Source of the DNA: Cyanobacteria bacterium P01_A01_bin.123
Lineage (GTDB): Bacteria; Cyanobacteriota; Cyanobacteriia; Phormidesmidales; Phormidesmidaceae
Reading direction: 5' to 3'
Length of the DNA stretch: 64,000 bases
Assembly: GCA_039815185.1 (NCBI GenBank)
Contig: JBCBZT010000006.1
Location: 128,001 to 192,000 of the forward strand
The position numbers and the translations under genes were made by a program. Of the stretch, positions 19,837 to 30,019 are shown piece by piece. The notes beneath the pieces were generated by a model. The model did not search any database and was not told where the DNA came from. It worked only from the letters and a program-made list of their open reading frames with translations. Within the stretch, counting starts at the first letter, position 1, and the number at the start of each line of letters is the position of its first letter.

Positions 19837-20239
19837 TCCAACTCCCTACGCCACGAGGCAACTATCGATGGTTACCAAACGTATTCTCATCATTGACGAC
19901 GATGCTGATATCCGAGAAGCGACCCAGCTTTGTTTAGAAATCACGGGACATTGGGATGTTTTGAAAGCCAGTAGTGGCCCAGAAGGAATCGCGATCGCCC
20001 AATCGGAAACCCCCGACGTCATTTTATTGGACATTATGATGCCTGGGATGGATGGCTTCGCGACACTGCAAAGACTGAGAGAAAAAAACAGCACGCAGCA
20101 AATTCCGATTATTATTTTGACCGCTAAGGCCCAATCTCGTGAACGACAATCTTTTGGTCAGCTGAATGTTTTGTCTGTGATCACAAAACCTTATGATCCT
20201 TTAACTATATCCGACCAGATTCTATCGGTGCTAGCTTAA
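19829..20239 (+). CDS. rfpC: CheY-like response regulator RfpC
   Basis: Single receiver domain (IDDD, LLDIMMP, KP); overlaps rfpA stop. Alternative start at 19868. Confidence 0.92.
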   Translation: MDSPTPYATRQLSMVTKRILIIDDDADIREATQLCLEITGHWDVLKASSGPEGIAIAQSETPDVILLDIMMPGMDGFATLQRLREKNSTQQIPIIILTAKAQSRERQSFGQLNVLSVITKPYDPLTISDQILSVLA

Positions 20240-20350
20240 TTGCTCAAAATAGCTCAAAGTAAATACACCGATAAGTCTTCAGCCAATATTGCTATTCTTA
20301 GGGTGCTATATTCTCATGTTGAGGTAGATTTGGAATTCATCAGGATGCCC

Positions 20351-21052
20351 TCAGTTCAGTTGTTGCAGCTCATCATGAACGCTAGTGCCAATTTGCAATG
20401 CCTCGTTGAGCAATCGGCTATATTCGCTGGCTTCGGCGTCGATCTGAAAGGCCTGTAGCGTGGCTAAATTATTTTCAATATTGGCAAATAGGTCATATCG
20501 ACGGGCAATAAACCGTTGGTGCTTGCGCATCACCCGTTCTGTCATCAGGCCACAAATTAGGTTCTCGCGGGTTAGATGCAGCGCTTCTAAAACGGTCTCT
20601 CGATTGTCTAAGTTAAGGCTTTTTGAGTTTACGGCTTGGAGCTCGTCTAAAACTTCGACTGCTTTCAAAATTTCGTTATAGCGATCAATTTCATCTAGCA
20701 GGTGATTCAGCATAGTGAGCTGTTTTCCACGGTAGAGCAAATAGCTCATCCATAAGAGTGTCAGCGCGATCGCGACCCCTAACCCCACTGGCAAAAACAC
20801 AATCACGTTCGCATTTTGAGCACTGCCGCTCAAGCTGCGCCCCAAGAGCAGTGTTACTGGCACACATAGAATCAGCGCGACTCCGAGCGTTAGCACCTGT
20901 GTACTGAACCACGACACAATCTGCTTGGATGACCTAAACAGTGAGAGCCGATAGGCCCACCCCATCGAAATATCATTAATATCTAATCCGGTGAGTTCAT
21001 CTAGCTCCCGCTGGGTAATCCGCAGATTGTCCAAGTTAGAAACAAGCCCCAT
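20351..21052 (-). CDS. Hypothetical membrane protein (2 TM helices, coiled C-terminus)
   Basis: Long ORF with two hydrophobic segments; co-oriented with upstream membrane protein gene. Confidence 0.75.
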   Translation of the reverse strand: MGLVSNLDNLRITQRELDELTGLDINDISMGWAYRLSLFRSSKQIVSWFSTQVLTLGVALILCVPVTLLLGRSLSGSAQNANVIVFLPVGLGVAIALTLLWMSYLLYRGKQLTMLNHLLDEIDRYNEILKAVEVLDELQAVNSKSLNLDNRETVLEALHLTRENLICGLMTERVMRKHQRFIARRYDLFANIENNLATLQAFQIDAEASEYSRLLNEALQIGTSVHDELQQLN

Positions 21053-21124
21053 CTTCAAATTTTAGCCCCATCCAGATCCACGACTATTCTTCAAGCTAAA
21101 CTCAACCCTTTAAATCGGATGGGT

Positions 21125-21805
21125 TTAGAAACCCATTAGCGTTTTGATGATTCGGAAGACTTGGGCGTAAAAGTTACCGTCAATTTCAGGGCGAAAGATT
21201 TGGAATGGCTCCCCCGGTGCACCAAAGAAAGGTCGTAGCGTCCAGCCAAGCTGACACCCCACCAGACCATAAAGCACCAACCAGCCTTTGAGCAGGCGGT
21301 CTCTCATAACGTCTTGGGTGGCCTCGTCGCCAGCAATCATCCGCATGCCGCGATAAAACATATTGATGCCGACTACGCCTGTTAACGCCATGACAATCAC
21401 GTTGAGCAACAAAAAGAAATTGTAGTCTTGAATCGAGATCAAGAAAAACAAAACGACAGGGGCAAAACTAAACATCAATACGCTAATCACAGACACTGCC
21501 GTCATTAACATGGCGCTGTACTGGCGAAAGTTAAGCTTTGAACCAAACAAAATGTCAAAGAAATAAAGCGTTGGCAGACAGATAATCAAGGTTACTAGGT
21601 ACAAAGCTGGCAGTTTTATCGCTGACGACAGCATCTGCAGCCAACTACTCGATGACCCAATAATCGCCCCGTAGACCGCAAAAAAGATGCAGCTCGCCAC
21701 CAGCAGCGACAACACCTTGCTCTCCAATTTGATGTCTTTACGGATCTCCTCTAAAAAAGCTTTGCGATCGCGCAGCAGCCGAATCAACACTGCGAAATAG
21801 TTCAT
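21125..21805 (-). CDS. Conserved multi-pass membrane protein (YIP1-like)
   Basis: About five TM segments, KLPALYL, GCQLGWTLRPFFG motif; start set at MNYFAVL. Confidence 0.75.
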   Translation of the reverse strand: MNYFAVLIRLLRDRKAFLEEIRKDIKLESKVLSLLVASCIFFAVYGAIIGSSSSWLQMLSSAIKLPALYLVTLIICLPTLYFFDILFGSKLNFRQYSAMLMTAVSVISVLMFSFAPVVLFFLISIQDYNFFLLLNVIVMALTGVVGINMFYRGMRMIAGDEATQDVMRDRLLKGWLVLYGLVGCQLGWTLRPFFGAPGEPFQIFRPEIDGNFYAQVFRIIKTLMGF

Positions 21806-22010
21806 AACCCCATACCTATATACCAATGGTTAAAATAGCTACAGCTATAGAAACCCAAATTTCGGATTAAGCGCGGGTTAATCAGTCAAAAAAATAATTT
21901 GTGCACCTTAAAGGTGCCCCCTGGAAGAGACATATAGCAGGAATGGGTTAGCTTTGGGCCACCGCGACCTTGCTAGGGCAGATTTTACGATTCAAATTTA
22001 TGTATTTTTT

Positions 22011-22478
22011 TTACCTTGAGAAGACATCTAGACAGATGTCTAAAGTCGCTCTATCTTCTTCTGTGCCAGCGTATGTGATTCTGTCATATTGGCTCAAATC
22101 GAGCATTTCACCCGATTGGTAATCCCACGCTGACCCTGGTGTATAGGGCGGTAAAACAGAGGTAGCATCAACGATGCGATCATCCTCTACGAATCCCTTA
22201 AAGCAAACAAGCCTAGTGGGTAAACGAGCGTCAATTCCGATGACGATTCTGCCCCATTTATGCAATAAGATATACGGGCTATCCAGGAACTCAGAAGCGG
22301 GTGTTCCTAAATAGTAATATTCGCCATTAGGTAAAGCCGAGAAGGATATATTTTGACCCTGTGTCGGTTGAACTACACCGATGAATAGCGGGATTGAAGT
22401 CGCAAAAATAATAATTAATTTCCGAAAAGCTGCCATAAGTGACTGCTGAAGTGCGGGGCCATTAGCCAGATTCTGCAA
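22011..22478 (-). CDS. Hypothetical exported protein
   Basis: Signal-like hydrophobic N-region followed by a globular domain. Confidence 0.6.
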   Translation of the reverse strand: MQNLANGPALQQSLMAAFRKLIIIFATSIPLFIGVVQPTQGQNISFSALPNGEYYYLGTPASEFLDSPYILLHKWGRIVIGIDARLPTRLVCFKGFVEDDRIVDATSVLPPYTPGSAWDYQSGEMLDLSQYDRITYAGTEEDRATLDICLDVFSR

Positions 22479-22881
22479 CTATTTTTTAGCCTAATTCTGC
22501 AACTGAATCTTGCCCTTTAGGTAGGATATTAACAATTTAATAAACTGTATCACATCTAACCAAATCAAATTTGGGAATCAGAGACATTGAGTGGGCCAAC
22601 TTGGAGAACATTGATGTTAAAACTTGTGCAGCCTTGGCAGACTTAAAAAATTTACACATTTGGATCTATGGTTGATTGATTCCTGTGGGTTATTGAACTT
22701 TTAAGAAGCCGAAAAGGTTGCCATAAATTAACCGCGTTTTCGCTGTATGTGCCGCCAGGTTTGTGCATGAAAAAACTGGCATTGTTGCCATGCTTTGATT
22801 TGGACTCGCTAATTCTAGGGTATATCAGTCATTTGTAAGTTCGAGAGTAACGTTTGTCCAGCATTTACCGACGTTTTAACC

Positions 22882-25800
22882 GTGAAGCATTCAACCTCTA
22901 AGCCCCGTAATTTCAGAAGTTGCGATCGCCTTGTTTTCATTGATCTATCCGTTGATGACTCCGCGAGTTTGATCGCTGGAGTACTGCCAAATTCAGACGT
23001 CATTCTTCTTGACCCGGCTGAAGATGGCATCGCGCAAATTACGGCTTTTCTCGCAGAACGCACCCATGTCGCCAGCATGCATATTGTCTCCCACGGACAG
23101 CCTGGGATTTTGCAGCTTGGTAACATCCAGCTCAATTTAGACTCCCTCGATCGCTACCGGGATGCGCTGCAATCTTGGCGGCGGGCTTTGCGCACTGATG
23201 CTGAGGTATTGCTTTATGGCTGTAATGTGGCGGCTGGAGAGCTAGGGAACTTATTCGTTGAGCAACTGAAGGAGCTGATTGGTGCAGGGATCGCAGCTTC
23301 TAAAACGCGAACAGGCCATGCACAGCAGGGTGGAGACTGGAATCTAGAAGTTACCACAGGGGACGTTCGCTCAGGATTGGCATTCTGGCCAGCGGTGATG
23401 GCCACCTATCCGTCCACTTTTGCTTTGTTGGCGGAAGATTTTGGGGGTGGATTTCCACCCTCGGGTTGGACCACCTTTAATGGTGCAAGCGAACCCGATG
23501 CTGATGAACAATACTTTCCCGGTAACAATGACTGGTCAGTCGGCGCTCTGGGGGATAATAGCGTCGCCTTTGTCTTTGGGGAAGATATCGAAGCCGATGG
23601 CGGATTCGCCCAGGACTGGTTGGTGACCAGCTTGCTCAAACCCGATGCTGGGAACAGTACCTTTTCATTTGATGCGTTAGCTTTTCCGGGTAATACCCCC
23701 AGTGAGTTTTCAGTCCGGGTCTCAACGGGCGAGCAAACGGATCAAGCTAGCTACGTTGTCGCAGCGACTTATACGCCAGCGGATTTTACAACAGACTTTC
23801 AAACCTTTGACGTCGATTTGAGCGCCTACGTTGACGAGTCAGTGTATGTCAGCTTCGTGATGGAAAACGACGATGGGGATACCTGGGTCGTTGACAATGT
23901 GGGCGGGGTGCCATTGGCCCCTGACATTTTGATTTCAGTACCTGGCGATCAGTTTGGCTTGAGCGAGGGTGGGGTTGATCAGACGTTGATTGTCGAACTG
24001 GCAACCGCCCCCACAGAAGAAGTCACCATAAACTTTTCGACGGACGCGACTGAGGTTGAACCTGTTAGGCCGGTTATCTTTACCCCTGAGAACTGGGATA
24101 CTCCTCAACTGATTGACTTCTCAGCGATCCAAGATGGCTTGGATGAAGGGGAGGAAACGACCTCGATCGGCGTTGAGGTGAGTAGTGCTGATGCGGGATA
24201 CAATGCGCTGATCTTGGATGATATTGAGGGTGCGATCGCTGATGCAGGCATCCCGTTTTTCTCTAGCTATCGCACGGTGGAAGAGACGCTGAGCGATCTG
24301 GAAAACCTAACGACCGCAAACCCAGACTTGGCCGACTGGATCGACATTGGCGATACCTACGACAAAATTACCCCGGGCGGGGCAGACGGGTACGATATCA
24401 ATGCCCTCATACTCACCAATGAAGAATTTAGCTTGCCGGACGGTAGCGATAAGCCTGTTTTGTATATGCAGGCTGCTATCCACGCCAGAGAATATACCAC
24501 GACTGAGTTAGTCACCCGTTTTGCGGAGGACTTGATTGCAGGCTACGGCGTGGATGCTGATACCACCTGGCTGTTGGACTATAACGAAATTCATATCGTC
24601 CCAATTGTTAATCCAGATGGTCGCAAGATTGCTGAGCAGGGTTACCTCTGGCGGAAAAACACCAATCCCAACCCCAATCCCGGTGATGATCCAGCCCCTT
24701 TCCCGACCTATGGGGTAGACCTGAACCGCAACTACGGGTTTGAGTGGGCCAATGGCGTTGCCAGCGATGGGACAACGGGTATAGGTTCAACGGATAATCC
24801 ATCTTCTAATAGCTACCACGGCTTAGGGCCTTTTTCAGAGCCTGAAAGTAAAGCGGCTAGCGACTATGTGTCAACGCTGTTTGAACCGAATGGGCCAAAG
24901 CTACTGAATGATCCAACGCCAGAACTCGAGCGGGTCTACGAAGCAGTTCCAGATGACATTTCAGGCATTTATGTTGACTACCACAGCTTCGCTGAGGGCA
25001 TCCTCTACTCTTGGGGGTGGGCTGAAGGGTTGATCGCGCCGAATGATGAACAACTGCGTACCCTGGCCCGCAAGTATGGTTTCTTCACTGGGGCTGTAGG
25101 AGAACCCTACGATGCTCTACCGGCTCAAGTATTTGGGGCAGTGGGGGGGGCTACCGATGACTGGGCCTATGCCACCTTTGGGATACCGGGCTTCACGATG
25201 GAGATCGGCACGTCTTTCTTCCAACCCAGTGAAGACTTTGAGAATGAGATTTTGCCCGATAACATGCCCGGCATGTATTATCTGGCCAAGGCCGCCCGCC
25301 GCCCATACCAAACGCCCTTTGGCCCAGAAGCCATTGAAATCGGTCTCGATCGCCCGCAGGTGGTGGCTGGGCAATCGGTGCAGCTTTCTGCGATCGCAGA
25401 CGATGAGCGTTACGACGATAGTGATGCCATCGGCGGCGGCCAGGACGAAGCCCCCCAAACCTTCCAACCGATCGCCGCAGGTCGCTATTCAATTGACTTA
25501 CCTTCTTGGATCGCAGGGGTTGAACTGTTTGACATGCAGGCCACAGATGGGACATTCAGTAGCACCTTAGAATCCATCACCGCAACTATCGATACAACAG
25601 GGTTGGCGTCTGGGCGACATACCGTCTTCGTTGAAAGTCAAGATACGGATGGTAACTGGGGCGTCGCCACAGCCGTGTTCCTTGATATTGTGGCTGCGCC
25701 AGATGATGCCATTACCACCGATGGCTCTGATCAATCAGAAACCTTGGTCGGCGGCAACACCTCAGATGTGATTTATGCGCTGGGGGGCGATGATACGGTT

Positions 25801-26298
25801 GCTGGCGGTCTCGGGGACGATGTCATTTTTGGAGAAGATGGGGATGACGTGCTGCGGGGCGATCGCAATAGCCGCTCGTCAGGTGGCGCCAACGATGGGG
25901 ATGACATCATCTATGGCGGTGCTGGAAATGACCGCATTGGCGGTAAGGGCGGCGATGACAAGCTCTACGGTGATGAGGGCGATGACACCATTTGGGGCGA
26001 TGACGGCGATGATTTGCTTTGGGGTGGCGGCGGTAACGACACCCTGACTGGCGATGACAACTCTGGCGGCAGTGGCAGCGATACTTTCGTTTTAGTCATC
26101 GGCGAGGGTACCGACACCATTACTGATTTTGAGGTCGGCATCGACTTGCTGGGTCTGTTCGGCACATTGAGCTTTGGCCAATTATCGATTCGCCAAGATG
26201 CTCAAGACGCACTCATCGAGTTTGGGGACGAAACCTTAGCCATTCTTTCAGGTACCGAGGCAGACACCTTGACCGAATCTGCTTTTGTCCCTGTCTAA
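22882..26298 (+). CDS. DUF4347 + beta-sandwich + M14 zinc carboxypeptidase + RTX Ca-binding protein
   Basis: DUF4347 (HIVSHGQPG, LLYGCNVA, GGDWNLE); M14 motifs HARE, NPDG, WRKN, GVDLNRN, DYHSF, catalytic E in MEIG; GGxGxD repeats. Confidence 0.88.
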   Translation: MKHSTSKPRNFRSCDRLVFIDLSVDDSASLIAGVLPNSDVILLDPAEDGIAQITAFLAERTHVASMHIVSHGQPGILQLGNIQLNLDSLDRYRDALQSWRRALRTDAEVLLYGCNVAAGELGNLFVEQLKELIGAGIAASKTRTGHAQQGGDWNLEVTTGDVRSGLAFWPAVMATYPSTFALLAEDFGGGFPPSGWTTFNGASEPDADEQYFPGNNDWSVGALGDNSVAFVFGEDIEADGGFAQDWLVTSLLKPDAGNSTFSFDALAFPGNTPSEFSVRVSTGEQTDQASYVVAATYTPADFTTDFQTFDVDLSAYVDESVYVSFVMENDDGDTWVVDNVGGVPLAPDILISVPGDQFGLSEGGVDQTLIVELATAPTEEVTINFSTDATEVEPVRPVIFTPENWDTPQLIDFSAIQDGLDEGEETTSIGVEVSSADAGYNALILDDIEGAIADAGIPFFSSYRTVEETLSDLENLTTANPDLADWIDIGDTYDKITPGGADGYDINALILTNEEFSLPDGSDKPVLYMQAAIHAREYTTTELVTRFAEDLIAGYGVDADTTWLLDYNEIHIVPIVNPDGRKIAEQGYLWRKNTNPNPNPGDDPAPFPTYGVDLNRNYGFEWANGVASDGTTGIGSTDNPSSNSYHGLGPFSEPESKAASDYVSTLFEPNGPKLLNDPTPELERVYEAVPDDISGIYVDYHSFAEGILYSWGWAEGLIAPNDEQLRTLARKYGFFTGAVGEPYDALPAQVFGAVGGATDDWAYATFGIPGFTMEIGTSFFQPSEDFENEILPDNMPGMYYLAKAARRPYQTPFGPEAIEIGLDRPQVVAGQSVQLSAIADDERYDDSDAIGGGQDEAPQTFQPIAAGRYSIDLPSWIAGVELFDMQATDGTFSSTLESITATIDTTGLASGRHTVFVESQDTDGNWGVATAVFLDIVAAPDDAITTDGSDQSETLVGGNTSDVIYALGGDDTVAGGLGDDVIFGEDGDDVLRGDRNSRSSGGANDGDDIIYGGAGNDRIGGKGGDDKLYGDEGDDTIWGDDGDDLLWGGGGNDTLTGDDNSGGSGSDTFVLVIGEGTDTITDFEVGIDLLGLFGTLSFGQLSIRQDAQDALIEFGDETLAILSGTEADTLTESAFVPV

Positions 26299-26410
26299 TG
26301 GCATGTTTCACCCCGCTTGAAATACCGAGCTGCGATGAATCTGCTGGCTAAAAAATAAGTTGGGCTGTGCGTGCCTAGACGATTGCAGTGATTTCGATAA
26401 CAACTGACTG

Positions 26411-26442
26411 ATCGTGATGCTCGGGTGATAGAGCATCACGAT
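26411..26442 (+). other. Perfect 12-bp hairpin between the two peptidase genes
   Basis: ATCGTGATGCTC-N8-GAGCATCACGAT. Confidence 0.55.
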
Positions 26443-26487
26443 GGCCCGTGACCGCGAATTGTGTTGATTGATCACAAGGAGTATACC

Positions 26488-29355
26488 GTGGCAGAAATTC
26501 TACTCAATGAAGGATTTGGTGGCAGTTTTCCTCCCCTGGGGTGGGCCTCGTTTATTGGTGAAAATGGGCTTGGGCCCGTTAGCAATTGGGTTCCCGGTAC
26601 CGATGGCGGTTTTGATAATCGCAGTGTGGCTTTCGTCAGCCCCGAAGATGTTGAAGGCGGCTTGGCCGAAGACTGGCTGGTCACACCGCTGCTGCGACCC
26701 AGTGCAGACAACAGCACGTTTAGCTTCGACAGCAGACTGGTTTTCCCAGAGGATCAAGGCAGTATCTACACGGTGCGGGTCTCCACGGAAAGTCAAACCG
26801 ACCCTAATAGTTTTGACACCGTGGAAACCTTCTTGGAGACTGACTTTGCAGTTGACGCAGATGGCAATGCGACCTACAAGACGTTTGAGATTGATTTAAG
26901 CCCCTACCAGGATCAAGACGTTTATGTCGCCCTGGTAATGGAAAATGACAACGGTGATTTTTTTGCCATCGACGATGTTGGCGGCGTCCCCTTTGCACCT
27001 GATGTACTGGTGACAGAGTCTGGGGGAGAGGTCGCTTTGAGTCGGGGCGGCACGAACGAAACGCTGCAGCTAGCCCTGGCCACTGCACCGACCAGCGCAG
27101 TCACCCTCAACTTCAATACGGATACGGATGAGATTGGCCCAATTGCATCGGTGACATTTACCCCAGATAACTGGGACCAGTCACAACTCGTCAATTTAAA
27201 TATTGCCAACCTTGGCGGTACTGGGGCACCGGAGACTAGCTTTAACCTCAGCTTTGACGTGGACAGCGATGACCCGAACTATGCGGGTCTTGAGATCGAC
27301 GAGGTGGCAGGGCGAATTGTTGACAACGGTATTCCTGGCTTTTCGAGCTATCGCACGGTTGAAGAAACCTATGCTGACTTGTCCTTCTTGGCCGATGAAA
27401 ATCCAGATCTAGTTGACTGGTTTGCCATTGGCGAAAGCTATGACAAAGTCACGCCTGGCGGAGCTGATGGCTATGATATCAACGTCTTGAAGCTGACCAA
27501 CAAAGCGATTGAGCTACCAGACCGACAGGAAAAGCCGGTTATCTATATTGAGGGCGCGATTCATGCTCGCGAATATACCACGGCTGAACTGGTGACCCGC
27601 TTTGGCGAAGGGCTAGTCGCAGACTATGGGGTTGACCCCGATATCACCTGGCTGTTGGATTACCACGAGGTTCATATTGTGCCAGTGGCTAACCCTGACG
27701 GCCGCAAGTTTGCCGAACAAGGATATTCGTGGCGCAAAAATACCAATCCCAATCCGCCCCCTGGAGAAGAACCTGCCCCCTTCCCCAACTACGGGGTTGA
27801 CCTAAATCGAAATTTTGATTTCAAGTGGAATGACGCTAAACCTTTTCCCGATGCTCTGCCGCCCTCTAGTGGGGATCCGGCTAGCAATATCTATCGGGGC
27901 GATGCCCCGGCCTCAGAACCAGAACTGCAAACCGTGCAAAATTACGTGCGGTCGATTTTCCCCGATCAACGGGGGCCAAATGATACCGATGCTGCCCCAG
28001 AGGATGCCACCGGGGTTTTTCTAGATGTCCACAGCTTTGGTAATCTCGTGCTTCACCCGTGGGGGTGGACGGATGCAGATTCTCCCAATGAACCCGCTTT
28101 ACGCACCTTGGGTCGCAAGTATGGCTACTACACCGGACAGGGGCCTGATGGAGCCTACGATGTTGATGAGGGGTTAGGGCTTTACCCCTCTGATGGGACT
28201 TCTGATGACTGGGCCTATGGGGAACTTGGGATAGCGGGTTACATTATCGAGCTGGGGGAAACGTTTTTCCAACCGAGTGAAGATTTTGAAAACGAGATTC
28301 TGCCGGAGAACCTGCCAGCGTTAACCTACATGGCTAAGGCCGCTCGCCGCCCTTACCAAACCCCTGCCGGGCCGGAAGCCTTGGATGCTGAGCTAGACAT
28401 GGCCCAGGTGGTGGCGGGTAAGTCAGTGGTGCTAACGGCGCTGGCTGATGATACTCGCTACGATGATGGCGCTGTCACAGATGATGAGGTCGGCACCGTC
28501 AACGATTTACCAGAACCTAGCCAAGATATCGTGGCGGGGCGTTATTCGATTGGCCTACCGTCTTGGATTCCAGGTGCTGAGCTATTTGACATGAGCGCAA
28601 TGGATGGGGCTTTTGACAGCTCATCAGAAACCCTCACTGCCACTGTGGATACAGCAGGGTTGGAAGCGGGTCGCCACATGGTCTTTATTGAAGGTCAAGA
28701 TGCTGATGGCAACTGGGGAGTCGCTGCGGCTGTATTCCTCGATATTGTGGCTGCACCAGATGATGCCGTTGTGACGGAGGGTTCTGATGGGCCAGAAACC
28801 CTGGTTGGCGACGATGCTCCAGATGTGATTTACGCGCTGGATGGTGATGATCGGGTGGCTGGCGGCCTAGGAAATGATGTCCTCTTTGGCAATGCCGGGG
28901 ATGATGTGATGCGGGGCGATCGCGACAGTCGCTCGCCCGGTGGCTCCGGTGGTGGCGATGACATCATCTATGGCGGCGCCGGAAATGACCGCATTGGGGG
29001 CAAGGGGGGTGATGACAAGCTCTACGGTGATGAGGGTGATGACACCATTTGGGGCGATGACGGCGATGATTTGCTTTGGGGCGGGAGTGGCAACGACACC
29101 CTAACGGGTGATGATGACTCTGGCGGGAGTGGTAGCGATACCTTCGTTCTAGCGATTGGTGAGGGTACCGACACGATTACCGATTTTGAGGTCGGCACAG
29201 ATCTGATTGGTTTGTTTGGCACGCTGAGCTTTGGTCAATTGTTGCTTCGCCAAGATGCCCAGGATGCGCTCATTGAGTTTGGGAATGAGACGCTAGCCAT
29301 CCTCTCAGGGATTGAGGCAGAGACTTTGATTGAGTCGTCCTTTGTGCCGGTCTAA
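26488..29355 (+). CDS. M14 zinc carboxypeptidase with RTX tail (tandem paralogue lacking DUF4347)
   Basis: HARE, NPDG, WRKN, GVDLNRN, DVHSF, IELG; GGxGxD repeats. GTG 26488 follows AAGGAG. Confidence 0.88.
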   Translation: MAEILLNEGFGGSFPPLGWASFIGENGLGPVSNWVPGTDGGFDNRSVAFVSPEDVEGGLAEDWLVTPLLRPSADNSTFSFDSRLVFPEDQGSIYTVRVSTESQTDPNSFDTVETFLETDFAVDADGNATYKTFEIDLSPYQDQDVYVALVMENDNGDFFAIDDVGGVPFAPDVLVTESGGEVALSRGGTNETLQLALATAPTSAVTLNFNTDTDEIGPIASVTFTPDNWDQSQLVNLNIANLGGTGAPETSFNLSFDVDSDDPNYAGLEIDEVAGRIVDNGIPGFSSYRTVEETYADLSFLADENPDLVDWFAIGESYDKVTPGGADGYDINVLKLTNKAIELPDRQEKPVIYIEGAIHAREYTTAELVTRFGEGLVADYGVDPDITWLLDYHEVHIVPVANPDGRKFAEQGYSWRKNTNPNPPPGEEPAPFPNYGVDLNRNFDFKWNDAKPFPDALPPSSGDPASNIYRGDAPASEPELQTVQNYVRSIFPDQRGPNDTDAAPEDATGVFLDVHSFGNLVLHPWGWTDADSPNEPALRTLGRKYGYYTGQGPDGAYDVDEGLGLYPSDGTSDDWAYGELGIAGYIIELGETFFQPSEDFENEILPENLPALTYMAKAARRPYQTPAGPEALDAELDMAQVVAGKSVVLTALADDTRYDDGAVTDDEVGTVNDLPEPSQDIVAGRYSIGLPSWIPGAELFDMSAMDGAFDSSSETLTATVDTAGLEAGRHMVFIEGQDADGNWGVAAAVFLDIVAAPDDAVVTEGSDGPETLVGDDAPDVIYALDGDDRVAGGLGNDVLFGNAGDDVMRGDRDSRSPGGSGGGDDIIYGGAGNDRIGGKGGDDKLYGDEGDDTIWGDDGDDLLWGGSGNDTLTGDDDSGGSGSDTFVLAIGEGTDTITDFEVGTDLIGLFGTLSFGQLLLRQDAQDALIEFGNETLAILSGIEAETLIESSFVPV

Positions 29356-29379
29356 TTGAATTCAGTTGAGCTGTATCAA

Positions 29380-29414
29380 TTGCCTTTAGCCCCCCATTGA
29401 GGGGCTAAAGGCAA
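29380..29414 (+). terminator. Terminator hairpin after the second peptidase gene
   Basis: TTGCCTTTAGCCCC...GGGGCTAAAGGCAA 14-bp stem. Confidence 0.75.
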
Positions 29415-29648
29415 ATTACCTGGGTGGTTTGTTAGGCGGCGTCTAGTTCCGTCTTGCAATAGGGTGGCTTTTATGACTCATTCAACTGGGCTAAATTTTT
29501 CTGTTTCTTTTCTGGAATGCGATCGCTGTCTGTTGTATCTAAGCTCTATAAACCACATCCGATTGAACATTGGAGTCTTTAGTTCATAGAGAACTATGAA
29601 TCTGTATGTGGTTAAGGTTGACATCCTGAATAATACGGAGGAGTTGTG

Positions 29649-29906
29649 ATGGCACAGCGGTTGAAACGGTGGGAATCACCCCGTCGGCAAGGCCGAAACG
29701 CAAAAGGAAAAGGCGGATCGGCACGCAAACGACAGTATCTTAAACAGCAACAGCAGTTGAGGCAACGGTTAAAGCGGAACGAATCCCAGAAATCATCTAG
29801 TCAATCTTGCGGAGGAGAGGTTAACCCCTCTCTTTTTTTATGCATTTTTGCGGTTTTCACAGCCCGGCGCACTTTGCAAAATAAAGGTGTCATGCGGCCG
29901 AACTAA
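29649..29906 (+). CDS. Small basic protein, candidate ArfA/ArfT/BrfA-like ribosome rescue factor
   Basis: GGAGGAG RBS; Arg/Lys-rich N-half with KGKGGS; internal terminator at 29815-29839; hydrophobic segment after the hairpin. Function is inference. Confidence 0.55.
   Translation: MAQRLKRWESPRRQGRNAKGKGGSARKRQYLKQQQQLRQRLKRNESQKSSSQSCGGEVNPSLFLCIFAVFTARRTLQNKGVMRPN
29815..29839 (+). terminator. Intrinsic terminator inside the small basic ORF
   Basis: GAGAGG-TTAACC-CCTCTC followed by T7; lies upstream of the in-frame stop at 29904-29906. Confidence 0.6.
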
Positions 29907-30019
29907 GAATCTTTGAGGGTTAGATGAAGGTGCGTCAATTTGTCTTCTGACCCGCGATCTTCTTCCCAAGCTGGGCATGTTAGACCTGTAGAGCGCCTTG
30001 TGGGGCTAAGGGAATCATT

